A DNA stretch of 32,000 nucleotides, from the NCBI RefSeq assembly GCF_000013905.1, contig NC_007969.1:2820001-2852000 (forward strand), given 5' to 3'. Shown one piece after another: positions 1 through 10,363 of the stretch. This DNA is from Psychrobacter cryohalolentis K5. GTDB lineage: Bacteria > Pseudomonadota > Gammaproteobacteria > Pseudomonadales > Moraxellaceae. Position numbers and translations under genes: made by a program. The notes under the pieces are model-generated. The model was not told the DNA's origin. It worked only from the letters and a program-made list of their open reading frames with translations, and searched no databases. Position 1 is the first letter of the stretch. Each line of letters starts with the position of its first letter.

Positions 1-1
1 A

Positions 2-46
2 CAGCCAAAAGCTGAATTGGCAAAAGTATTAGATAAGCATCTATAA
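2..46 (+). CDS. trxA: 3' end of thioredoxin gene (partial, runs off window start)
   Basis: Frame 2 reads ..QPKAELAKVLDKHL* (stop 44-46). The pattern K-x-x-L-x-x-x-LD-x-x-L matches the C-terminal helix of E. coli TrxA (..SKGQLKEFLDANLA). trxA-rho adjacency is conserved in gammaproteobacteria. Only 14 codons are visible. Confidence 0.5.
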   Translation, partial: QPKAELAKVLDKHL

Positions 47-106
47 ATTAACGCATGCTTGCTTTGGTCATTCTTAGTAAAAGCGCTGAAAGCATCGTAA
101 ACATCA

Positions 107-139
107 AAGCCATTATCTGATACAGATAGTGGCTTTTTT
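107..139 (+). terminator. Intrinsic terminator after trxA
   Basis: 11-bp stem gccattatctg (109-119) / cagatagtggc (123-133) with one G-U pair and a 3-nt loop, followed by TTTTTT (134-139). Confidence 0.7.
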
Positions 140-191
140 GTTGATTTTATGAGCAAAAAGCTAGATTACTTTACTTTTTTGGCAAAAATTA

Positions 192-221
192 TTGACAATA
201 CTATCTTTAAGCCCGTATAGT
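192..221 (+). promoter_or_regulatory. Sigma70-type promoter candidate for rho
   Basis: TTGACA (192-197), 18-nt spacer, TATAGT (216-221). It lies just downstream of the trxA terminator. Confidence 0.5.
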
Positions 222-575
222 CTGCTGATAAGAGAACACTAATGGCTCTCCTAAATATCTTGTCGCTATTCTCCTCGTGTTTATCAACAAAAACACCATC
301 GTCATTATTAAATACCACTACTGACCGAATGACTAAACACAATGACTGATATTGAGTTTTTGACGCAGACTCTTATGTAGATTTCTTTATCTTCACCTTT
401 TATAACTTGTCTGCCTCTCTTGCGACAAGCTCATAAACTGACACATAAAATCAAAACTACATAAATTTTAACTCTGTATATATACCCTCTATCGCCCTAA
501 TAACATTGTTTTAATCACTGTCGTGATTTATGAATAATGGCATCTCTCATCTTATCAACTGCTAACGACCTATCT
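222..575 (+). promoter_or_regulatory. Long C-rich/G-poor rho 5' leader (candidate autoregulatory Rho-dependent attenuator)
   Basis: About 350 nt lie between the candidate promoter and the rho start, with no ORF. My hand count over 241-536 gives about 67 C vs 32 G. E. coli rho is autoregulated by attenuation in its leader. Confidence 0.35.
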
Positions 576-1844
576 ATGAATCTTACTGAATTAAAGAAAA
601 AATCAATCGCTGAGCTACTGGCCATCGCTAAAGAGATGGGTCTTGATAATATGGCACGTAGCCGTAAACAAGACATTATCTTTGCCATTCTAAAAACTCA
701 TGCCCGTAACGGTGAGGCCATCTATGGTGATGGTGTGCTTGAAGTGCTCCCTGACGGTTTTGGTTTTTTGCGCTCATCTGAAGGCTCTTATTTAGCAGGT
801 CCTGATGATATCTATGTCAGCCCAAGCCAAATTCGCCGTTTCAGTCTAAAAACTGGCGACAGTATCGCAGGCACGATTCGTCCACCAAAAGACTCTGAGC
901 GTTATTTTGCACTATTAAAAGTCGGTGAAATCAACTTTGATACGCCAGACCGCTCACGTCATAAGCTTATCTTTGAAAACTTAACGCCATTATTTCCAAC
1001 TGAGCAGCTAAAACTTGAGCTAGGTAACGGTACGACTGAAGATTTGACTGGTCGTATTATCGACCTGATCGCACCGATTGGTAAAGGTCAGCGCTCTATT
1101 ATTGTGGCACCGCCCAAAGCGGGTAAAACGATGCTGCTACAGTCAATAGCACAATCGATCACTCGTAATAATCCTGAATGCTACCTCATTGTGCTGCTGA
1201 TTGATGAGCGTCCAGAAGAAGTCACCGAGATGGAACGTACTGTACGCGGTGAAGTGGTTGCCTCAACTTTCGATGAGCCGCCACAGCGCCATGTACAAGT
1301 GGCTGAAATGGTCATTGAAAAAGCCAAGCGCTTGGTTGAGCACAAGCAAGACGTGGTCATTCTGCTTGACTCGATTACCCGTCTTGCCCGCGCCTATAAC
1401 ACCGTTATTCCTTCATCAGGTAAAGTGTTGACCGGTGGTTTGGATGCCAATGCGTTAGAGCGCCCAAAACGATTCTTTGGTGCTGCTCGTAATATTGAAG
1501 AAGGCGGCAGCTTGACCATTATCGCCAGTGCCCTTATTGATACTGGTAGTAAAATGGACAGCGTTATCTTTGAAGAATTCAAAGGTACCGGTAACCAAGA
1601 GATTACCCTTGAGCGTGATCTGGCAGAAAAGCGTGTCTTCCCTGCCATTAATATCAAAAAATCGGGTACACGCCGTGAAGAACGTCTGCTTGATGAAGAT
1701 AAGCTGCGTAAAGTTTGGATCCTGCGTAAATTGCTACAGCCGATGGATGGTGTACAAGCAACTGAGTTCTTATTGGACCGCTTAAAAGAAGCCAAAACCA
1801 ATGATGAATTTTTTGAGCAAATGAAGCGTAAATCACAAAATTGA
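576..1844 (+). CDS. rho: Transcription termination factor Rho
   Basis: Near full-length identity pattern to E. coli Rho (MNLTELK.., GDGVLE..DGFGFLR, Walker [29 protein letters not shown]). The homologous start is ATG 576; the ORF-track start 537 would add 13 non-conserved residues. Confidence 0.97.
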   Translation: MNLTELKKKSIAELLAIAKEMGLDNMARSRKQDIIFAILKTHARNGEAIYGDGVLEVLPDGFGFLRSSEGSYLAGPDDIYVSPSQIRRFSLKTGDSIAGTIRPPKDSERYFALLKVGEINFDTPDRSRHKLIFENLTPLFPTEQLKLELGNGTTEDLTGRIIDLIAPIGKGQRSIIVAPPKAGKTMLLQSIAQSITRNNPECYLIVLLIDERPEEVTEMERTVRGEVVASTFDEPPQRHVQVAEMVIEKAKRLVEHKQDVVILLDSITRLARAYNTVIPSSGKVLTGGLDANALERPKRFFGAARNIEEGGSLTIIASALIDTGSKMDSVIFEEFKGTGNQEITLERDLAEKRVFPAINIKKSGTRREERLLDEDKLRKVWILRKLLQPMDGVQATEFLLDRLKEAKTNDEFFEQMKRKSQN

Positions 1845-1897
1845 TTTTAAATCTTTTACGACAATAGAGTTATATAAATAATTGACGTTTTACTCAT

Positions 1898-1930
1898 AAA
1901 GGCTGCCTATAAGGCGGTCTTTTTGTTTTT
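1898..1930 (+). terminator. Intrinsic terminator after rho
   Basis: Stem aaaggctgcc / ggcggtcttt (two G-U pairs), loop tataa, followed by tttttgttttt. Confidence 0.6.
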
Positions 1931-2185
1931 ATTACTATTGGCTCTATCATTGGGAATAATTCGCGTCGAGAACAGTTAGCTTACTATCAGGATAAATACA
2001 ATAACCCTAAGCAAAGGCACTACCAATGACACAGTGAGGCAACATAATTTACAGCTTACTTGCAAAGCTTAGCGTTTTTACTACGACCAGATTTATATAT
2101 AAGGGCTACTATAAGGGTTAAGAACATACTGAAATATATACTGTATACTTAGTATTTTAAACTTGACGATTTAATAGGTGATATT

Positions 2186-2425
2186 ATGAAACTTGCTAAA
2201 ACTATCGCAATGACGGCTCTAACTAGCTCTGCTCTTATTATGGGTGGCTGTGCTACTAACGGATATAGCACTGGTCTAAGTAATACAGCTAAAGCTGCCA
2301 CTGCTGGCGCTGCTGCCGGTGCACTGATCAAAAGTAAAGGCGATAGCAAAGATATCGCTCGTGGTGCAATCGCTGGTGCTGCTATTGGCGGCGCTGGTGG
2401 TTATATCTATGATCAAACCAGATAA
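2186..2425 (+). CDS. Small glycine-zipper lipoprotein (OsmB / 17-kDa-antigen-like)
   Basis: Signal peptide with lipobox L-I-M-G-G-C. Gly/Ala-rich GxxxG-type zipper (GAAAGA.., GAIAGAAIGGAGG). AGGTGA RBS 4 nt upstream of the ATG, and a terminator downstream. Confidence 0.8.
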   Translation: MKLAKTIAMTALTSSALIMGGCATNGYSTGLSNTAKAATAGAAAGALIKSKGDSKDIARGAIAGAAIGGAGGYIYDQTR

Positions 2426-2492
2426 TCAGTTTTGGGCAGCTCTTTTGGCGCATATATTTTAATGAAAGATATTACCTAGCCAACTAGCTGAC

Positions 2493-2524
2493 AAAAAAGC
2501 CTGCAATCAATTGCAGGCTTTTTT
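2493..2524. terminator. Bidirectional intrinsic terminator (lipoprotein gene / ypfJ convergent)
   Basis: Perfect 8-bp stem gcctgcaa / ttgcaggc with loop tcaa, flanked by an A-run (2493-2498) and a T-run (2519-2524). Confidence 0.75.
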
Positions 2525-2711
2525 GTGTCTAACCATTACTATAGTCAGGGAAAAGTAATATCAATACATCAAGTGCTGCTGATATTAATTTTTCTTGCTT
2601 GCTGTGCCTATGCAGACAGAGGCTGCAAAAAATTTATACCAGCAGCACTGTAGCGTTTTTGAGATATTTTAACTATACCAATCAATATAACTGGTTTTAT
2701 AATAATCAGTG

Positions 2712-3596
2712 CTATAAAGCACCGCTAAACGTATCACAAGTTTGCACATTACCGCTCTCTAGACCGCGCGTAAACCACTCTACACGCTGTTGGCTAGTAC
2801 CATGAGTAAAGTTATCAGGTACTACCGCCCCGCCTCCTGCACGTGCTAAGCGATCATCACCAATCTGACCAGCAGCATTGATAGCTTCGTCGATATCACC
2901 TGCTTCTAAAAACTGTACGCGCTCTTGATTGCGCTGCGCCCAAACACCAGCAAAGCAATCAGCTTGTAGCTCTTGTAGGACAGACAATTTATTTGCTTGT
3001 GCCCGAGTCACTTGACGGCTGGCCTCATTTACTTGCTGAGTAATACCAAGCAAAGTCTGTACATGGTGACCTACTTCATGGGAGATCACATAGGCTTGGG
3101 CAAAATCGCCCGCTTTGTTCTGATTGTCACTATCCCCGGAGTTTTGGATATCACCAGAGATACCAAGCTTTTGACGCATCTCTACGAAAAACGACGTATC
3201 TAAATAGACCGTTTGATCACCTGGGCAATAAAAAGGACCAGTCGCTGAACTGGCACTACCACAAGCAGAACTGACTTGCCCATTAAACAAAATCAGTGAC
3301 GGCTCTTTATATGTACTACCCCCCTCATTGAATATTTGATGCCAAACCTCTTCAGTATCTGCCAAGACAACTTTGACAAACTGTGTATCCCGATCGTCAC
3401 TGGTAGCTGGTTCAGTAGATGTATTACCACCGCCTGCGACCTCTTGACCTGTTTGCAATGCGGTCATGGGATTTACCCCAAACACTAGCCATAAAATACC
3501 AGCAATAATGATACCGCCGATACCGCCGCCCATTAGCTTACCGCCACCACTACTAGTACGCACATTAGTACTGCCACGTCTGCCTTGCCATTTCAT
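2712..3596 (-). CDS. ypfJ: YpfJ-family neutral zinc metallopeptidase (membrane-anchored)
   Basis: N-terminus MKWQGRRGS.. matches E. coli YpfJ MRWQGRRES... Conserved GPFYCP, HEVGHHV zinc motif, ELQADCFAGVW, GDDRL and FTHGTSQQR blocks. Confidence 0.9.
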   Translation of the reverse strand: MKWQGRRGSTNVRTSSGGGKLMGGGIGGIIIAGILWLVFGVNPMTALQTGQEVAGGGNTSTEPATSDDRDTQFVKVVLADTEEVWHQIFNEGGSTYKEPSLILFNGQVSSACGSASSATGPFYCPGDQTVYLDTSFFVEMRQKLGISGDIQNSGDSDNQNKAGDFAQAYVISHEVGHHVQTLLGITQQVNEASRQVTRAQANKLSVLQELQADCFAGVWAQRNQERVQFLEAGDIDEAINAAGQIGDDRLARAGGGAVVPDNFTHGTSQQRVEWFTRGLESGNVQTCDTFSGAL

Positions 3597-4060
3597 AATC
3601 CTTCTCCCAAAAAATACGATATCTTATGCCACTCATATCGATCATGATTCATGTTATATAGTTTTTAGCTCAATCCTTTGATGTCATATCTTGATAACCT
3701 TTGCTAATTTAATCTGCCACAGACTACAAACTGCTTTAAAACACTTAGCGCTTTTTTATATTTACAGCCAGTTATTATGACTACCATTTAGCATTACTTA
3801 TGTATCCGCTATCTTCTTTATTATGCTGTCATAAATAGCGCAAACAGATACAAAGTACCAGACATAAGAAATTTCTCTGCAATAAGCAGATGTCGTTGAT
3901 TATACGTCGATTAATTTGACTTTTTGTATGGATAATTATGTAAAATAAGTAAAATAAAACCCTATTTACAATTTTATTGTAACTTAATTGTACAACCTCT
4001 TTCTATGCAGAAAGAAATCATATAGAATGCGTGGAAGCTGAGTAGCTGTGACTAAGACTA

Positions 4061-4099
4061 GTTGAATATCTGAGACATCTCGGATGTTCAACCTTTTTT
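4061..4099 (+). terminator. Terminator-like hairpin in the leader of the acidic lipoprotein gene (attenuator or 3' end of a short transcript)
   Basis: 14-bp stem 4061-4074 / 4079-4092 (two G-U pairs), loop acat, then c + TTTTTT (4094-4099). It lies 38 nt upstream of ATG 4138. Confidence 0.45.
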
Positions 4100-4137
4100 G
4101 CTGCTACTGCTCATTTAATTATCCCGGAGAAAACCTT

Positions 4138-4494
4138 ATGAACTTAAAATTACTTGCTCTAGCTGGTATCATGACTGCAACTATGGGCTTAACTGCCTGT
4201 GATAGCAACAAAGAAAACGCTGCTGAAGATTTATCTGACGCTCAAGAAGAAGTAACTGATGCTTCTGAGCAATTAGACGAAGCTGCTGCTGAAGGCGAAG
4301 CTGTTCCTGCTGAAGCAGAAGCTGCTGTTGCTGGCGCTGAAGCTGATATCGCTGATGCACAACTTGCTACTGCTACTGACGAAATCGATGCTGAAGTACC
4401 TGTAGACGGTACTACTACTAGCGTTGACGTAGCTAGCGAAACTCCAGCTGTAGACGCAGCTGACGAAGTTGTAGTTGAGCAACCAGCTCAGTAA
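4138..4494 (+). CDS. Highly acidic Ala/Glu/Asp-rich lipoprotein, function unknown
   Basis: GGAGA RBS (4126-4130), ATG 4138, signal peptide MNLKLLALAGIMTATMGLTAC with lipobox L-T-A-C. The mature part has about 29 Asp/Glu vs one Lys by my count. The ORF-track start 4084 lies inside the upstream hairpin and has no RBS. Confidence 0.8.
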   Translation: MNLKLLALAGIMTATMGLTACDSNKENAAEDLSDAQEEVTDASEQLDEAAAEGEAVPAEAEAAVAGAEADIADAQLATATDEIDAEVPVDGTTTSVDVASETPAVDAADEVVVEQPAQ

Positions 4495-4525
4495 TTTTTA
4501 TTTTTATAAATAAAAATACTGTACT

Positions 4526-4557
4526 AAAAAAAAGAGAGCTTATGCTCTCTTTTTTTA
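4526..4557. terminator. Bidirectional intrinsic terminator (lipoprotein gene / ihfA convergent)
   Basis: Stem agagagc / gctctct with loop ttat, flanked by A8 and T7 runs. Confidence 0.75.
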
Positions 4558-4672
4558 TGCCTGCAATTTATGTTTTATATAACTGAGACAATGTCGCATA
4601 AAAAAATGATGGCTATAACAGTCGATTTAATAGACAACTGCGAACCATCACTTTTAATCTTACTCACTACTA

Positions 4673-4972
4673 TTATTGGTCAAATAGGCGCTCATCGACC
4701 TGTTGACGGAATTTTTGTCCTGTTTTAAAGGTCACAACGCGGCGCGCTGATACCGCGACGGGCTCCCCTGTCTTAGGGTTGCGTCCTGGGCGACTATTTT
4801 TGTCTTTAAGCTCAAAGTTGCCAAAGCCTGAAAGCTTGACCTCTTTGCCATCAATCAAACTCTCTGACAGTTCGTCAAAAAAATTCTCTACCAAACAGCG
4901 ACCTTCTTGGCGCGTTAGGTTTAGATGATTCATCAAATGCTCAATCATGTCAGATTTGGTTAAGGTGCTCAC
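4673..4972 (-). CDS. ihfA: Integration host factor alpha subunit
   Basis: 99 aa. [38 protein letters not shown] matches E. coli IhfA almost residue for residue. The position after pheST is conserved. Confidence 0.95.
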   Translation of the reverse strand: MSTLTKSDMIEHLMNHLNLTRQEGRCLVENFFDELSESLIDGKEVKLSGFGNFELKDKNSRPGRNPKTGEPVAVSARRVVTFKTGQKFRQQVDERLFDQ

Positions 4973-5157
4973 AGTACGACTCCTATGCTATGTCGTGATG
5001 TCGAATATCATGGTTTAGCGGTATGAGAATTAGTGTTAGCTATTATAAAGGTTTTTGTGCGTCTTTTTAATAAAGTCTGCATTAAAATCCTTTATTAATA
5101 ACTACTTAACTTACTCTATGAATAAAATCTTCTATCAGTTAATAATTTTTATAAATA

Positions 5158-5194
5158 GCAAAAATCCATAGCCTCATTTATATTGAGGCTATAG
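5158..5194 (-). terminator. Hairpin/terminator between pheT and ihfA (minus strand)
   Basis: Perfect 9-bp stem atagcctca (5168-5176) / tgaggctat (5184-5192). On the minus strand it is followed by a U-run (plus-strand aaaaa 5160-5164). Confidence 0.5.
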
Positions 5195-5219
5195 AGTATT
5201 TGTCTTTTTCGATTAGAGG

Positions 5220-7625
5220 TTAGCTGTCACGTAGCTGTGCTGAATGCTCAACCGTTAATGCTTGTACCACTTTATCAGTGACCGTTTTTACAGCGTCATC
5301 CGATAAGGTTTGCATTTTATCTTGCCATATCAAGGCAAATGCTAATGAGCGTTGACCTGCTGGCACTTTTTCGCCTTGGTATACATCAAACAGCCAAAGA
5401 TCAGTCAAGAGTGCACCTGATGCCTTACGTATAGTTGACTCTAGTGTTTGAAGGCTGATATCGCTGTCTACTAATATAGCAATATCGCGGCGTACTTGCG
5501 GGAATTTGCTTGGAGTGGTGATGGCATGCTGTTCACGAGCAAGCGTTAGTAACGGTGCCAATGACAACTGCGCAACCCACGTAGCTGGCAGATCCAACTG
5601 TTTAGCGGTATTAGGATGCAGTTGACCCAACCAACCGACATACTGATCATCGATATAAAGCTTGGCACTTTGACCCGGATGCAAGAAAGCTAGCTCACTA
5701 CGCTCATAGCGGATACGCGCACTATCCATTTGTGCAGGTAATAACTGCTCAATATCATGCTTAAGATCATAAAAGTCTAATGCACGGTTTTGATACGCTT
5801 GCTCGTCCCAAATATCTCCGACTGCTACCAATGCAATACTTGGCGTTTGCACCAACTCGCTAATACTTTGACCAACAAAGCTAAGCCCTGTTTCAAAGAA
5901 ACGCACTCGCGGCTGCTGACGATTTAAATTATATTGTACACAAGGCAATAAGCTTGATAGCAAAGTACGGCGCATCACGGCTAAGTCACTAGAGATAGGA
6001 TTGGCCAATGCCAACACTTCGCCCAATGCTTCATCATCAAGCAAGGCTTCTATTTTTGCGTCACTAAAGCTAAAGCTAATTGCTTCCATATAGCCATTAT
6101 CGACTAGCGAAAGCTTCATCTCATGCGTCAAATCTGCGGTATCGTCATAATCCATGCTGACTTGCAGGTGCGGCAAGACGCTTGGAATATTGTCATAGCC
6201 ATAGATACGAGCAATCTCTTCGATCAAATCTTCTTTAATGCTCATGTCAAAGCGATACGATGGCGGCATGCAAATCAGGCTATCTGCTTGCTGCTCTACC
6301 TTAAAGCCTAATTGAGTCAAGATACGTACCATGACTGCAGGCTCAATCTCAATACCGATGACATCACGGACTTTAGTAATCGGCAGTGTAATAGGTGCAC
6401 GAGCCGGTAAATGCTTGCTACTTTCGACTGTGATTATTTGCCCCGCTTGAGAATTCGTTACACTGGTAATCAAATCAACAGCACGCGCTAAAGCAAGCGC
6501 TGGCAATTCAAAGTCTACCCCACGCTCAAAGCGTTGTGAGGCATCAGTATGCAGACCAAAACGGCGTGCGCGTGCAGCGATAGCCAATGGATTAAAGAAT
6601 GCGCTCTCTAACACAATATTGGTGGTGCTATCAGTCACACTACTGCGTTGACCGCCCATAATTCCGGCAAGTGCAAGTGCGCCTTTATCATCAGCAATGA
6701 CCAATTCATCACCGGTTAAGGTAATAGTTTGCTCATTCAACAAAGTAATCGTTTCTTCAGACTGTGCCAAACGCACAACGATATCGCCCTTGATAGTATC
6801 AGCATCAAAAGCATGTAGCGGCTGACCCAATTCCATCAAGACATAGTTGGTCACATCAACCAAAAAGTTGTGCGAGCGTAGTCCTGACTGAACCAGCGCA
6901 TCTTGCATCCACTTTGGCGTATCGATACTACGATCGATATTGCTTATCGACTGTAAAAGGTAGCGTGGACAAGCTTCTACAGCACTGACTGTTACAGCTG
7001 GCATCACTTCGTTTTGAGTGAAATCGATATTATCAGGGATATTTGGCATTTGTAACGGCAAATCGTTAATGACGGATATCTCGCGCGCAATACCACGTAC
7101 GCTAAAACAATCACCACGGTTTGGGGTGATAGAAATATCCAATATTTGATTGTCTAAGCCCAGATATTCACGGATATCCATACCAATTGGCGCATCTGCT
7201 GGCAGCTCAAGTAAACCATCGATGCTGTCGGTTAAATCAATTTCAGAAGCGCCACAGAGCATACCGTTAGAATCGACACCGCGTAGGTTGCCATTTTTAA
7301 TTGTGAAGCCTTTTTTGTCATCACTTGGCAAAACTGCACCAACAGTCGCAACAGGCACTTTCATACCAATAGTCACATTGGGTGCACCGCAAACGATTTG
7401 TAACGGCTCAGCTGCACCAATATTGACCTGTGTGACACGTAATTTATCGGCATCTGGATGCTGCTCAACGCTGATAACTTCACCAACGACCACACCACTG
7501 AAGGCACGGGCGACTGCAAAGCGATCATCAATCTCTAGCCCTGCCATCGTGAGTTGTTCAGCCAATTGCTCACTGCTATTGTTGGGGTTTACCCATTGAC
7601 GTAGCCACTGTTCGCTAATTTTCAT
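5220..7625 (-). CDS. pheT: Phenylalanine--tRNA ligase beta subunit
   Basis: 801 aa. MKISEQWLRQWVNP matches E. coli PheT MKFSELWLREWVNP. tRNA-binding, B3/4, B5 and FDX-ACB regions are recognisable. Confidence 0.97.
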   Translation of the reverse strand: MKISEQWLRQWVNPNNSSEQLAEQLTMAGLEIDDRFAVARAFSGVVVGEVISVEQHPDADKLRVTQVNIGAAEPLQIVCGAPNVTIGMKVPVATVGAVLPSDDKKGFTIKNGNLRGVDSNGMLCGASEIDLTDSIDGLLELPADAPIGMDIREYLGLDNQILDISITPNRGDCFSVRGIAREISVINDLPLQMPNIPDNIDFTQNEVMPAVTVSAVEACPRYLLQSISNIDRSIDTPKWMQDALVQSGLRSHNFLVDVTNYVLMELGQPLHAFDADTIKGDIVVRLAQSEETITLLNEQTITLTGDELVIADDKGALALAGIMGGQRSSVTDSTTNIVLESAFFNPLAIAARARRFGLHTDASQRFERGVDFELPALALARAVDLITSVTNSQAGQIITVESSKHLPARAPITLPITKVRDVIGIEIEPAVMVRILTQLGFKVEQQADSLICMPPSYRFDMSIKEDLIEEIARIYGYDNIPSVLPHLQVSMDYDDTADLTHEMKLSLVDNGYMEAISFSFSDAKIEALLDDEALGEVLALANPISSDLAVMRRTLLSSLLPCVQYNLNRQQPRVRFFETGLSFVGQSISELVQTPSIALVAVGDIWDEQAYQNRALDFYDLKHDIEQLLPAQMDSARIRYERSELAFLHPGQSAKLYIDDQYVGWLGQLHPNTAKQLDLPATWVAQLSLAPLLTLAREQHAITTPSKFPQVRRDIAILVDSDISLQTLESTIRKASGALLTDLWLFDVYQGEKVPAGQRSLAFALIWQDKMQTLSDDAVKTVTDKVVQALTVEHSAQLRDS

Positions 7626-7729
7626 AAGTATCTCGGATCAGAATTTTATAATAAATATTTTGAAGTAAAGGTTGGCACATTAACTTGTTATATTAACAAG
7701 GAGCACTTTTTATATAAATAAAGAGCACT

Positions 7730-8917
<1,188 letters not shown>

Positions 8918-8993
8918 TTAGACGATGATAAACGCTATCCTATAACAGCGTATGTGATTCTGGTACTAAAAGTAGGCAGTCAGATAATGTGAT

Positions 8994-9022
8994 ATAAAAA
9001 AAGCCACCGACCAGCGGTAGCT
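8994..9022 (-). terminator. Intrinsic terminator after rplT (minus strand)
   Basis: On the minus strand: agcuaccg / cgguggcu 8-bp stem (the one wobble pair is valid only on this strand), loop of 5 nt, followed by U7 (plus-strand A-run 8996-9002). Confidence 0.7.
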
Positions 9023-9124
9023 TTTATTAATATCAACCTATTAATCAATATTATTCCTATCCATGTAGATAACTACTTATCAATAATGATTTAAAAAGCA
9101 GCCTACCTAAAGGAAGGTTAATAT

Positions 9125-9481
9125 TTATGCTAGTTCCGCTTTAGCTTTTTCAACCAACGCTGTGAAAGTCGCTGCATCATGCATAGCGATGTCAGCAAGT
9201 ACGCGACGATCGATTGCAATGTTAGCTTTTTTCATGCCATTGATAAAGCGGCTATAGCTTAAGCCGTTTAAGCGTGCACCAGCATTGATACGTGCAATCC
9301 AAAGACGACGGAAAGTACGTTTTTTGTTGCGACGGTCACGATAAGCATATTGACCAGCTTTGGTCACTGCCTGTACCGCTACGCGGTAAACACGTGAACG
9401 GGCACCGTAGTAGCCTTTTGCACGCTTTAAGATTTTTTTGTGACGACGATTCGCCTGTACACCACGTTTTACACGGGCCAT
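9125..9481 (-). CDS. rplT: 50S ribosomal protein L20
   Basis: 118 aa. [31 protein letters not shown] is canonical L20. Confidence 0.97.
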   Translation of the reverse strand: MARVKRGVQANRRHKKILKRAKGYYGARSRVYRVAVQAVTKAGQYAYRDRRNKKRTFRRLWIARINAGARLNGLSYSRFINGMKKANIAIDRRVLADIAMHDAATFTALVEKAKAELA

Positions 9482-9631
9482 AAATTACTCCAAGATATTT
9501 TTAATCATTATTAAACGAATCACGATGTCATCAGATAATAGACATCGTTATCAAATTGCAAAGTCATATACTTTTAATTCAGTCGCTATTCATTAAACAG
9601 CGCTTAATTAAAGATAAATGACGATAGCCTA

Positions 9632-9829
9632 TTAAATGTATGGGCACATACGACGAACTGCTGCTTCGTCAGACTTGTGCACCAACTTAAGACCACGCAA
9701 CTGGCGAATACGCTTAGGTGATTTCTTGGTCAAAATATGGCTTTTGAATGCTTGCTTACGCTTAAAGCCGTTCGCTGTTTTTTTGAAGCGTTTAGCTGCA
9801 CCGCTTCTGGTTTTCATCTTATTTTTCAT
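9632..9829 (-). CDS. rpmI: 50S ribosomal protein L35
   Basis: 65 aa. ..[24 protein letters not shown] is canonical L35. AAGAGG RBS 9 nt upstream of ATG 9829. Confidence 0.93.
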
Positions 9830-9940
9830 GATGATTTGCCTCTTTTTCTGTTTTAGAACCTGGTCGTCAAATAGTCAATAATGATTAGTGGCTGTAAAAA
9901 CAGGCACCAAACCTCTATTTGCCTCGAGGTGGGAGGCGAC

Positions 9941-9970
9941 ATTTTAACAGATCGTGCGCTGTTTTGCCAA
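9941..9970 (-). promoter_or_regulatory. Candidate promoter of rpmI-rplT (minus strand)
   Basis: Minus strand TTGGCA (plus 9965-9970), 18-nt spacer, TAAAAT (plus 9941-9946). This predicts a leader of about 105 nt containing small hairpins. Confidence 0.4.
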
Positions 9971-10363
9971 GGAAAGTTTTAACGCTGTTTAGCGTATGTT
10001 GTTCTTTCTAATCACAAATACCTTGCTGCTTATTTTCGTCTTTCAAAACTTGGTTATTAGCCACTTAAAGCACACGCTTAGAAGCAAAAACTGAGCAGCC
10101 ACAAGCGATAGCTAGATGAAAACAAACTAGGCGAATTAAAAACACTGTTAATTTGCAATTCTTGCTGTATCAAAATTCAGCTCGAGTATAATTGTGCTGT
10201 ATTTACTGATTTAACATATTGAATGTCAGCTTAAGCTGTGTTTAAGTAGAGACTGCGTGTTGATAAAGCGCTTACATGAATGACAAATAGGCTGAATAAC
10301 TATTATTTAGCGAATACTTAGCGACTTTTTATTATTTTCTACTTATAAGATGGCAACAAGATT

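Noticed and set aside
1394-1801. 135-aa minus-strand ORF, plus 76-, 85- and 60-aa ORFs, all overlapping rho
   Set aside because: They lie entirely inside the strongly conserved rho CDS in other frames or on the other strand. Their Ser/Arg/Leu-rich composition is typical of antisense translation, and they have no RBS.
2570-2650. Long-range inverted repeat (cagtgctgctgatat / ataccagcagcactg, one mismatch) about 60 nt downstream of the ypfJ stop
   Set aside because: It is real as a sequence feature, but no U-tract follows it on either strand. A proper bidirectional terminator already exists at 2493-2524, and I cannot assign it a function. It is probably an mRNA 3' stabilising structure or chance.
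7150-7599. 149-aa plus-strand ORF inside pheT
   Set aside because: It is antisense to a well-conserved pheT region. It has low-complexity Ser/Thr/Pro/Ala composition, no RBS and no recognisable motif.
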